From an uncultured Rikenellaceae bacterium (GTDB lineage Bacteria; Bacteroidota; Bacteroidia; Bacteroidales; VadinHA17), in assembly GCA_964633505.1 (NCBI GenBank), contig CAZWHC010000003.1, forward strand, positions 317,613 to 381,612: 64,000 nt of DNA. The letters run 5' to 3'. Both the position numbers and the translations under genes were made by a program. Positions 47,244 through 55,638 of this stretch are shown here, piece by piece. The notes below the pieces were generated by a model that was not told where the DNA came from, did not search any database, and saw nothing but the letters and a program-made list of their open reading frames with translations. How positions within the stretch are numbered: the first letter of the stretch is position 1; every line of letters starts with the position of its first letter.

Positions 47244-50200
47244 ATGAAAAACACGTATTTGATTTTAATGTTACTGCTTTTATCGGGTGGTCTTACTCTT
47301 GCCCAGCCGCCCGAAACCACTTACCTCGGAAATGTTGTTTATGAAGGGTACTACGATGATGGTTCCTGGGGACCATTTAACCTTGGTTTTAATTTTAACT
47401 ATTATGGTAACAATTACAGCCAGTTCCATGTTACATCGAATGGACTTGTGATGTTTGGTTCGGGATCGAATGATTATACTGAGGACGCTATCCCCTCGGG
47501 TGGATCCCCAAACAACTTTATTGCTGCGTTCTGGGATGATATAGTGATCGATCCTTCGGGTAAGATCCTGTATACTACCATTGGTGCGGCGCCGAACAGA
47601 AAATGTATCATACAATGGACAAATATGGGATTCTTTTCCAGCACAGTGCTCATGGGTACATTTTCGGTAATCCTTTATGAGGGATCAAATAATATCCAGA
47701 TCCAGTACAGGAGCATAATCGACAATACATCCGACAGGTCGCACGGGAGTTCGGCTACGATAGGACTCGAAAATTCATCCGGGACGGCTGGGATTCAGTA
47801 CTCCTATCATAATTCTTCGGCGGTAGCTTCGGAACAGGCAATAATGTTTTCTCCCTCCGGATCGACATATACGGTTAATCAGGCGGCTGCCTATGATGGC
47901 ATATACCTGACAAAAAATATGACCCTGCCCGAACCGGGAATTCCCAAGCTTATAAGCCCTGCCAAGAATGGAGTTATAGGTTCAGCACAGACCTTTCAAT
48001 GGTCATCGGCGAGTAATGCTTCAAATTATATTCTTAAGATTTCAGGGAATTCTGATATAAGCAGTTCAACAGACTATAATGCCGGAACAAACACAAGTTA
48101 TAATATTACGGGCCTTACCCTTAATACAACCTATTTCTGGGCCGTGTTTGCAACAAATTCAACAGGAACGACATGGTCAGAGATATACAGGTTCACCACC
48201 AGTCCCAATCCTCCTCTAGCGGCTGTGCCTCAGACAATCTGGATGGAGCAGAACGAGGAAAGGGTTATCAGGCTTCAATATACAGGCGGTGACGCAGGTG
48301 CAAAAACAGCTTTTATAACATCATTACCTGCACAGGGAACACTTTATCAGTATAATGGAGGTATAAAAGGTCCTGAAATCTCATCAGTTCCTGCAGCAAT
48401 TGCCGATCCGAACCTCAACCTGATATATGCAGCCAACGAGGGAACCGGAAACGGTGCCGGGAGTTTCAACTTTTACATCCATGATAATACAGGGAATTCC
48501 CCGTCGTGTACAATCACTACACATGTTAATCCTCCCGGTGTTCCAAATTTCATTCTCGCAGCAAAAAGCGGAAACATAGAGATACAGTTTGACAAGCCTA
48601 TGTCAGATCCGACCGGAAAGCAGTCGCAGTTCATTGTAAAGGTAAATGGTTCCCCGGTGACAATCAGCTCTGTATCACTTAAGCCTGGCGACCCGTACAC
48701 AATTTTTGTAATGCTTGCATCAGCCCTGACAGGATCTGAAACAGTACTCATTTCCTATACACAGGGAGATGTTGTCTCTGAATCAGGCGGACTTTTGCCG
48801 TCATTTGTTGATCAGCCTGTTAATTTTCTTATTCAGACAATTACATTCCCGGCAATTTCGCCCATGACTTATGGGGACACCCCTGTAACTCTTTCCGCTA
48901 CATCCTCAAGCGGATTGCCAGTCTCTTTTACAAGTTCAAATACCACTGTGGGATCGGTTACCGGCACAACGCTTACAGCCAATTCAACCGGAACATCTGA
49001 GATTACCGCCCAGCAGATCGGAAATGGTACTTATGCTCCCGCCAGATATATAAGGACTCTCACTGTAAATAAGGCAAACCAGAATATCACCTTTGCGGCT
49101 TTACCTGCAAAAACCTATGGAGATTCTGATTTTGTTCCCGGAGCAACAAGTTCATCAGGTCTTCCTGTTAGTTATTCCAGTGACAATAACCTGGTCGCTG
49201 TAATCACTGCAGGAAACATTCACCTCACAGGCGCCGGCACTGCGGTTATAACAGCATCACAGGAGGGAAACACCCTGTTTAATCCGGCAAACAATGTAAC
49301 ATCGGTACTTACCGTCGGAAAAGCCGGCCAGACAATAACGTTTGCTCCAATTCCATCAAAACTTGTTAATGATGCCGGTTTTAACCCCGGTGCCACGGCA
49401 TCTTCCGGGCTTGCAATAACCTATACAAGCAGTAATCCTGCCGTTGCGACAATAACCGGAAACCTTGTTCATCCTGTTTCAGCAGGTACAACGACGATAA
49501 CTGCCACACAGGAAGGCAATTTAAATTACAATGCGGCCACTCCTGCAAGTCAGCTGCTGACAGTTAGCAAGGGAAGCCAGACCATCACATTCAGTGCTTT
49601 ACCTGAAGTTACGTACGGAGATCCAGATCTCAACCCCGGAGCAACTTCAAGTTCTTCCCTTGCGGTCACATATACATCATCTGATCCATCGGTGGCTTTC
49701 GTTTCAGGAAATATGATCCATATTACCGGAGCAGGGATCACTACAATAACTGCAAACCAGTCGGGGAATGATGATTATGATCCGGCTCCGGCAGTTCAGC
49801 GTCAGCTTACTATACACAAGGCAGATCAGTCTGTATCGTTCAGTTCAATATCTGAACATATTTACGGTGATCCTGATTTTAATCTCACAGCCACCTCCTC
49901 ATCAGGGCTGCCTGTTGAGTACATGAGCAGTAATCCTCTTGTAGCAACCGTCACGGGAGGCGTCATCCATATTAACGGAGCGGGAAACACAGTGATCACA
50001 GCGTTGCAGCCGGGGAATACCAATTATAATGCAGCCCTTCAGGTCACTCAAACGCTCAGCGTTGGCAGATCATCGCAGACAATTACATTCCCGCCGCTTC
50101 CAGGAGCCATATACGGAGGCTCTGATCCTGTTGCTTCAGCAACCTCATCATCAGGTCTTCCTGTCTCATATTCGAGCAGCAATCCTGCAGTGGCAACGGT

Positions 50201-52067
50201 TTCCGGAGGGTCAATTGTCATTACAGGCGCTGGTACTGCTGTGATAACAGCATCCCAGCCAGGCGATGCAAATTATGAACCGGCGACAGAAGTACAGCAG
50301 ATACTTGTTGTTGCCAAAGCTGACCAGACAATAACTTTCGGTCCTCCAGCCCAGGTTGCTTATGGCGCTCCTGATATCGATCCTTCGGCAGTTTCAACAT
50401 CCGGTCTGACGGTTTCATATACAAGCAGCAACACGGATGTGGCACTGATCTCGGGAGGGATGATCCATGTATTGGGTGCTGGGAGCACAATTATAACTGC
50501 ATACCAGCCGGGTAATGAAAATTTCAATGCAGCAGCCCAGGTATTACAGACTCTTGTTGTAACAAAGGCCGATCAGAATATAACCTTTGGAGCAATACCT
50601 GAACATGTGTTCGGGGACCTTCCATTCAACCCCTCAGCATCATCATCATCAGGTCTGGGTTTAGTTTATTCAAGCAGCAATCCTTCAGTAGCTCTGGTCA
50701 ATGGTAACCTTATCCAGATAACGGGAGCCGGGACGGCAATAATCACGGCCATCCAGGAGGGCAATTCGAATTATAATGCAGCACCTTCCGTAAATCAGAC
50801 ACTCACTGTGAGAAAAGCCTCACAGACAATAACCTTTGAACAACCGGAACCTCGTGTATATGGTGATCCAGACTTTAATCCGGGAGCGTCTGCCTCATCG
50901 GGCCTGCCGGTTTCGTATACAACAGGCAATGATGCAGTTATTACCGTATCAGGCAGTTTCCTTCAAATAACAGGAGCCGGGACTGCTGATATTACAGCAA
51001 CCCAGGAGGGCAACGAAAACTATGAAGCCGCTGTAACCGTGGTCAGAACGGTTTTTGTAGATAAGGCAGTCCAGACAATAACATTCCGGAATCCTGATCC
51101 TGTTCCGTACGGCACACTGCCATTCAGCCCGGGTGCAACTTCCACCTCAGGTCTGCCGGTGACCTATTTAAGCGGGAATGAGGATATAGTTGTGGTCTCT
51201 GATGGAATGTTAATCCTCAGAGGAGCCGGAACGACAGAAATAACAGCATCACAGCCTGGTGACAATAACTTCAATCAGGCTTCGGATGTTGTTGTCAGCC
51301 TTACTGTGACAAAAGCTCCGTTAAATGTTACGGCAGATAACAAAACCAGGGCTTATATTTCAGAGAATCCTGCGCTGACATTATCGATATCGGGTTTTGT
51401 TTATGGAGAGAACCAGTCAGTTATTGACGTTTTACCTTCGGCTGCCACAATTGCTGACCAGCATTCTCCGGTGGGCGAATATGAGATAACTGTCGCCGGA
51501 GGCGAAGACGATAATTATGAATTTTCATATGTTTCCGGAGTCCTGACAATAACTAAAATCCCTCAGACAGTAACATTTACAGCTTATCCGCAAAGTATAC
51601 TTGTTGATGAGACTTTTGAGCTGGCGGCTACGTCCACTTCAGGGCTTACAGTAAGTTTTGAAAGTGAAGATCCGGATATTGCCGGGGTAACAGGAACAAT
51701 ACTTGAGGGAAAAGCCAGGGGAAATGCAGTGATAAAGGCATATCAACCGGGTGATGAAAACTATCTGGAGGCCGAAGCGACGATCTCTGTTGAGGTAATT
51801 TCAACCCACAGTAATATTATGTACCTGTTCACTCCGAATAATGACGGATTTAATGATCTCTGGGAGATCCCCGGCCTTGAAACATACGGGACCTGCAGCG
51901 TAAAGGTTTATAACCGCTGGGGAAAGCTTGTTTTCTCTTCGCCCGATTATCATAATGAATGGGATGGCACATCAGACGGGGTTAAACTGCCTCCTGCTGC
52001 TTACTATTTCATTATTAAGACTGGAAACTCAGGAACGATAACCGGCACCGTAAATATTGTCAGATAA
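47244..52067 (+). CDS. giant T9SS-secreted surface protein: NIDO-like domain, FN3-like domain, 10 tandem + 1 Ig-like (Big_2-type) repeats, MBG domain, type-B T9SS C-terminal sorting domain
   Basis: 1607 aa with a signal peptide. It carries 83-aa repeats of the form 'Q(T/N)ITF....YGD.DF.PGATSSSGLPVSY.SSNP.VATV.G..I.ITGAGTA.ITA.Q.GN.NY..A'. MBG region is 'LNVTADNKTRAY..NPALT...SGFVYGE......VGEYEIT..GG.DDNYEF.YVSGVLTI'. C-terminus 'YLFTPNNDGFNDLWEIPGLE.Y....VKVYNRWGKLVF......NEWDG' is the gliding-motility CTD. Confidence 0.9.
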   Translation: MKNTYLILMLLLLSGGLTLAQPPETTYLGNVVYEGYYDDGSWGPFNLGFNFNYYGNNYSQFHVTSNGLVMFGSGSNDYTEDAIPSGGSPNNFIAAFWDDIVIDPSGKILYTTIGAAPNRKCIIQWTNMGFFSSTVLMGTFSVILYEGSNNIQIQYRSIIDNTSDRSHGSSATIGLENSSGTAGIQYSYHNSSAVASEQAIMFSPSGSTYTVNQAAAYDGIYLTKNMTLPEPGIPKLISPAKNGVIGSAQTFQWSSASNASNYILKISGNSDISSSTDYNAGTNTSYNITGLTLNTTYFWAVFATNSTGTTWSEIYRFTTSPNPPLAAVPQTIWMEQNEERVIRLQYTGGDAGAKTAFITSLPAQGTLYQYNGGIKGPEISSVPAAIADPNLNLIYAANEGTGNGAGSFNFYIHDNTGNSPSCTITTHVNPPGVPNFILAAKSGNIEIQFDKPMSDPTGKQSQFIVKVNGSPVTISSVSLKPGDPYTIFVMLASALTGSETVLISYTQGDVVSESGGLLPSFVDQPVNFLIQTITFPAISPMTYGDTPVTLSATSSSGLPVSFTSSNTTVGSVTGTTLTANSTGTSEITAQQIGNGTYAPARYIRTLTVNKANQNITFAALPAKTYGDSDFVPGATSSSGLPVSYSSDNNLVAVITAGNIHLTGAGTAVITASQEGNTLFNPANNVTSVLTVGKAGQTITFAPIPSKLVNDAGFNPGATASSGLAITYTSSNPAVATITGNLVHPVSAGTTTITATQEGNLNYNAATPASQLLTVSKGSQTITFSALPEVTYGDPDLNPGATSSSSLAVTYTSSDPSVAFVSGNMIHITGAGITTITANQSGNDDYDPAPAVQRQLTIHKADQSVSFSSISEHIYGDPDFNLTATSSSGLPVEYMSSNPLVATVTGGVIHINGAGNTVITALQPGNTNYNAALQVTQTLSVGRSSQTITFPPLPGAIYGGSDPVASATSSSGLPVSYSSSNPAVATVSGGSIVITGAGTAVITASQPGDANYEPATEVQQILVVAKADQTITFGPPAQVAYGAPDIDPSAVSTSGLTVSYTSSNTDVALISGGMIHVLGAGSTIITAYQPGNENFNAAAQVLQTLVVTKADQNITFGAIPEHVFGDLPFNPSASSSSGLGLVYSSSNPSVALVNGNLIQITGAGTAIITAIQEGNSNYNAAPSVNQTLTVRKASQTITFEQPEPRVYGDPDFNPGASASSGLPVSYTTGNDAVITVSGSFLQITGAGTADITATQEGNENYEAAVTVVRTVFVDKAVQTITFRNPDPVPYGTLPFSPGATSTSGLPVTYLSGNEDIVVVSDGMLILRGAGTTEITASQPGDNNFNQASDVVVSLTVTKAPLNVTADNKTRAYISENPALTLSISGFVYGENQSVIDVLPSAATIADQHSPVGEYEITVAGGEDDNYEFSYVSGVLTITKIPQTVTFTAYPQSILVDETFELAATSTSGLTVSFESEDPDIAGVTGTILEGKARGNAVIKAYQPGDENYLEAEATISVEVISTHSNIMYLFTPNNDGFNDLWEIPGLETYGTCSVKVYNRWGKLVFSSPDYHNEWDGTSDGVKLPPAAYYFIIKTGNSGTITGTVNIVR
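48834..51323 (+). repeat. 10 tandem ~249-bp coding repeats (83-aa Ig-like modules) inside the adhesin gene; an 11th diverged copy lies at ~51564-51800
   Basis: Each unit starts with the codons for Q-(T/N/S)-(I/V)-(T/S)-F. I counted the units from the translated protein. The boundaries are approximate. Confidence 0.8.
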
Positions 52068-52068
52068 A

Positions 52069-52992
52069 ATGAGATTACAGAATATGAAACAAATAATAAT
52101 ATCAATAGCGTTTGTTCTCGTTTCGGCAGTTCTTGCAGCCCAGCAAATGCCACTCTCAGAGAACTATTTCCTCGACAGATATTCTCTTTCACCATCCTAT
52201 GCGGGCCACTTTAGCCCGGGCAGCCTGGTCGCCGGTTACAGAAGCGACTGGAGCGGGATCGAAGGAGGACCACGGACCCTGCGCCTTTCTTACAGCGATA
52301 TGCTTATGGCCAACGCTGCTTACGGAGGTAAGCTGATTTATGACAGAGCCGGCATCTATGACCAGTTATATCTTATGGGAACCTATTCCTATAACCTTAA
52401 AGTATCAGGTGATCACAGGGTACTATTAGCCCTTTCTGCAGGCATCTATAACAATACAATCAATTTCACTGATTATTACAATGATCCGAAATACAATCTC
52501 GATCCCGTAATGATCAGGGATGATGTTAGGTCGAAGATGAAATTCATGTCCGACTTTTCTGCAGTATATATCTTTAAAGATATCGAAGCAGGAGTAATGT
52601 TCGCTAATATAAATTTCGGGGATGCAAAGTACGAGGACGTCGATGTAACATACAAGCCCCTGGCAAATTATCAGGTCCACGCAGCATATCTTTACAGGTT
52701 CGACGAGAGATGGGCTGTTAATCCGCTGGCATACATCAGGGGAGGAAGGTTTATTAAGAATCAGGTTGGAATCTCTGCCAGAGTTATTTACCAGAACAAT
52801 CTCTGGGCAAGCCTTTCTTTCAGGGATCCTTCTATACTTGGTTTTGGACTGGGAGGCAAGATTGCAAAAGGCCTGAGCTTTTCGTATAACTTCAATATGG
52901 CAACGGCTGTTGAGCTCAATGTCTTCAACAGCCATGAAATTGCAATCGGGATAATCATCGGGGAGCTTTTCAGACCGAAGGCTTCCGAGTAG
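52069..52992 (+). CDS. PorP/SprF-family type IX secretion system membrane protein
   Basis: About 307 aa. The start is ATG 52069 (or 52084), and the track ORF begins at TTG 52057. It has a signal peptide and 'Y.LSPSYAG' near the N-terminus. The beta-barrel-like alternating pattern ends in F/aromatic-rich strands. It lies immediately after a type-B CTD gene. Confidence 0.75.
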   Translation: MRLQNMKQIIISIAFVLVSAVLAAQQMPLSENYFLDRYSLSPSYAGHFSPGSLVAGYRSDWSGIEGGPRTLRLSYSDMLMANAAYGGKLIYDRAGIYDQLYLMGTYSYNLKVSGDHRVLLALSAGIYNNTINFTDYYNDPKYNLDPVMIRDDVRSKMKFMSDFSAVYIFKDIEAGVMFANINFGDAKYEDVDVTYKPLANYQVHAAYLYRFDERWAVNPLAYIRGGRFIKNQVGISARVIYQNNLWASLSFRDPSILGFGLGGKIAKGLSFSYNFNMATAVELNVFNSHEIAIGIIIGELFRPKASE

Positions 52993-53053
52993 GAAATGCA
53001 TACCAACGGTATTAAAATTACAATACCGGGTCTTATGTACACGTCATAAGACT

Positions 53054-53108
53054 AAACAGGAGAAATATAATCCACGGACCGGTTTTCTGATCCGTGGATT
53101 TCCTGTTT
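53054..53108. terminator. bipartite hairpin between convergent genes
   Basis: aaacagga-[gaaatat bulge]-aatccacgga-ccggttttctga-tccgtggatt-tcctgttt. It gives 10-bp and 8-bp stems. Confidence 0.6.
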
Positions 53109-53127
53109 AAAGTTAAATCGCTGGTTT

Positions 53128-53942
53128 CTATGTGAGAATGAAATCCTGAGAAACATCCTTTAACCTGGCAATATCAAGTATTTTCCTTTTTATGTCGAAA
53201 CCGGAACTGCATTTTATTTTGCATGATGAGCAGCCTGCACAGGCGACCTCTGAAATTCCGGTATTGACCAGAGTATGCCATGCCTGAGGGATATTCCTGT
53301 ATCCGCAGGCATACATATAGCTTCTCATAATTGCAGGAATATCAAGATTATGTGGACATTGTGGCAGGCAGTTTCGGCATTGCTGGCAGTAGAGGCCAGT
53401 CTCTGAACCGGATGCTCAAGCGCTTTCAGAATATTATCATTCATAACGGTCTCCCTCTTCCCTGCATAGGGGAAAAGGAAGAAATCAACATAATCAAGGC
53501 CAAATCTTTTAAGGCTTCCCTAAGCTTTTTTAACATAAGCTTCAGTATTGAAAGAATCCCTTATCTTACCTGTCCGGCCATCAATATCATCTGCCGGGAC
53601 AGCCGTGCCTGCAATGAAAGAATCACGCGGCAGACCTTTGAGTCCCTGCCCGACAATGATTTCGTTGTTCCCTTCTCCATATTATGTTGCAGAAAAAAAC
53701 ATTTTTATTCCCGACTCATAAGCCGTTCTTATATATCCGGTATCAAGGGCGCCTGATGTTCCGAAGCTTAACAGGGGCGTCTTAATGCCTGTCCTTCCCA
53801 GTGTTCTTAAAGGCAATTCAGAAGGCGGCTGATAAAGAACCGAGGGTATGTCGTATGCTTTTGCAGTTCCGGGTATAAGTGCTGCGCCCGATATACCAAG
53901 GATGCTTTATTTAAGAAATTCACGGCGGTTGTCGTTTTTCAT
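53128..53942 (-). pseudogene. decayed Tat-signal aldo/keto reductase with C-terminal Cys-rich (Fe-S-like) tail
   Basis: My minus-strand translation begins MKNDNRREFLK*. It continues SILGISGAALIPGTAKA...LRTLGRTGIKTPLLSFGTSG...GIKMFFSAT*YGEGNNEIIVGQGLKGLPRDSF...KKA*GSLKRFGLDYVDFFLF. There are three in-frame stops (TAA, TAA, TAG). A frame change then leads into the intact tail ORF 53128-53328 (CQQCRNCLPQCPHNLDIP..MRSYMY..). Confidence 0.7.
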
Positions 53943-54157
53943 GGCTGTGGTCTTTTGGATTAGTTCTTAATGATTAATACAAAACATAAATTTCTTAAAA
54001 TTATAGGAATGAATGTCAACAGACAGTAAAAATCTTATTTATGGTTTGCGCCTTCATGCGTAATCTTCCTGTTCATTGTTCTTAACCTGCTATTTGGTTT
54101 ACTATCCTTTTTAGCGGTTCCTGTAGTTTCTCGATTTCAGCACCCATTCTTTGTTTA

Positions 54158-54231
54158 CCCCCCAACCCCCCTAAAGGGGGGCTAATGTCTTGTATGTTAG
54201 TTTTTTAACCCCAAATTTAGGGGCAGGGGGG
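54158..54231. repeat. second copy of the 75-nt compound inverted repeat (right arm degenerate)
   Basis: Left arm 54158-54185 (ccccccaacccccctaaaggggggctaa) is 28/28 identical to the reverse complement of 40443-40470. The 19-nt spacer shares the tgtatgt core. The right arm is ttaaccccaaatttaggggcagggggg. Confidence 0.8.
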
Positions 54232-54330
54232 TAAAACACAAACTCAGACGATGGGGGTAAAACAAGAAACTCAAGAAGAGGGGTAAAACAAAGAATTAAG
54301 CCTAGCGGGGTAAAACAAAAAACCCGGACC
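54226..54330. repeat. four direct GGGG(G)TAAAACA units at ~27-nt period
   Basis: gggtaaaac starts at 54228, 54255, 54281 and 54308. The sequence between units is A-rich and unique. Confidence 0.75.
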
Positions 54331-54353
54331 AGTGTGGAATCAAACTATCCAAT

Positions 54354-55538
54354 TTATACCTCTGCACTTTCTTTTATTTGACGCGTTGCAGAATTTCTTC
54401 TCGGGTGATGGCTGGTATTGATCATCTGTGTAAAGATCAGCGACATTATGCTGAAACCTGTCCCTAAAAGGAAGGGAAGTCTCCAGTTAAGCATCCATAA
54501 GAAGCCGCCGAAAACCGGAATGATGACTGCCGAAATGTGGTTTATCGTAAACCCTACTGCTGTTGAGGATCCCAGATCCTTCGGATCGGCAGTCTTCTGA
54601 AGATATGTGTTAAGACCTATTGAGAAATTAAAAAATATGCTGTCGAGAATGAAAAGGCCCACCACGATCCAGACATTGTTTATAAAGGCATATCCAAGGA
54701 AAAGTATTATTAGACTGGCGCTTTCGAGAGAGAGAACAATTCTTTCGCCATATTTATTCAAAGCCTTGGAAATCTGCGGATTCAGAAGATATGTAAGTGC
54801 ATAAGTTATAACATAGATACCTGTTACTATCCTGAGTCCCAGATCATATCTTTCAACAAGCAGAAATATTGCAAATACAGTGAATATCTGCCTTCTGGTG
54901 CCGGCAAGGAAGTTCAGGACATAAAACAGCCAGTATTTTTTTCTTAAAACAAGCTTTTTGTTCTGATGCGGCACATCCTGCCTGACAGGATTTGAAAACA
55001 GCATAGTTATTCCGGAAGCCGAAATGAATACCCCCAGGATAACGAAGGTCCATATATATGGTACTAAAAATGAGAGGATCCAGATGACAAATCCCACAAC
55101 AATATTGGCAAGCGCCCCATAACCCCTCAATCTGGCAAAGACAACCGGAGATTCTGTAGTGTTGAAATACTGTACAGTAAGAGATTTGTTTGTTGTTTCA
55201 AAGAAATGGAACCCGACCGACATGATGAAAGTCGAGATAAGCAATCCGCCAAATGATGTGAATATGCCTGTTATGACAACTCCAAGCCCGAGCAATACTA
55301 CCGACCAGGCCGACAGGCGATGTTCTCTCATGAAAAGAAGCAGGTAAACCGCTGCAAAGGAAAGAAATCCTGGAATCTCTCTTATACCCTGAGAAATACC
55401 TATCTGAAAACCATTTACACCGACAACTTCCTTTGCGTAGTTTGTAAAAAGAGCAGTCCAACCCTGAAGACCCGCAGTGGCGCAAACTCCCAGCACAAGA
55501 AGATAGCGGTACATCGGATTCTTTTCAAAATTGTCCAT
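54354..55538 (-). CDS. MFS transporter
   Basis: Start moved to the ATG at 55538 (MDNFEKNPMYRY...). About 12 TM segments. No substrate-specific motif recognised. Confidence 0.7.
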   Translation of the reverse strand: MDNFEKNPMYRYLLVLGVCATAGLQGWTALFTNYAKEVVGVNGFQIGISQGIREIPGFLSFAAVYLLLFMREHRLSAWSVVLLGLGVVITGIFTSFGGLLISTFIMSVGFHFFETTNKSLTVQYFNTTESPVVFARLRGYGALANIVVGFVIWILSFLVPYIWTFVILGVFISASGITMLFSNPVRQDVPHQNKKLVLRKKYWLFYVLNFLAGTRRQIFTVFAIFLLVERYDLGLRIVTGIYVITYALTYLLNPQISKALNKYGERIVLSLESASLIILFLGYAFINNVWIVVGLFILDSIFFNFSIGLNTYLQKTADPKDLGSSTAVGFTINHISAVIIPVFGGFLWMLNWRLPFLLGTGFSIMSLIFTQMINTSHHPRRNSATRQIKESAEV

Positions 55539-55638
55539 AACACAATAACGAGTTGGCAAAAGTAGCATTAAATGCCATATATTTACATAATCAATATGAA
55601 CCATAATTGATTACCCCAGGGGTAGCGGCTAAACGAAT

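Noticed and set aside
52426-53001. 191-aa minus-strand ORF
   Set aside because: It is antisense to the PorP/SprF gene and has no motifs. The plus-strand gene has the expected signal peptide and the expected genomic context.
53331-53756. 141-aa plus-strand ORF (TTG start)
   Set aside because: It is antisense to the aldo/keto-reductase pseudogene, whose minus-strand translation shows clear homology to the intact AKR at 11777. The plus-strand product is featureless.
53128-53942. Stop-codon reassignment or programmed read-through as an explanation for the in-frame stops
   Set aside because: Both TAA and TAG interrupt the gene, and a frame change plus missing barrel segments are also needed. All three stop codons terminate well-supported genes elsewhere in the window.
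54226-54330. Possible mini-CRISPR array (regularly spaced repeats with unique spacers)
   Set aside because: The repeat is only ~11 nt and the spacers only ~16 nt. There are just four units and no cas genes in the window. The repeat is simply the terminus of the adjacent inverted-repeat element.
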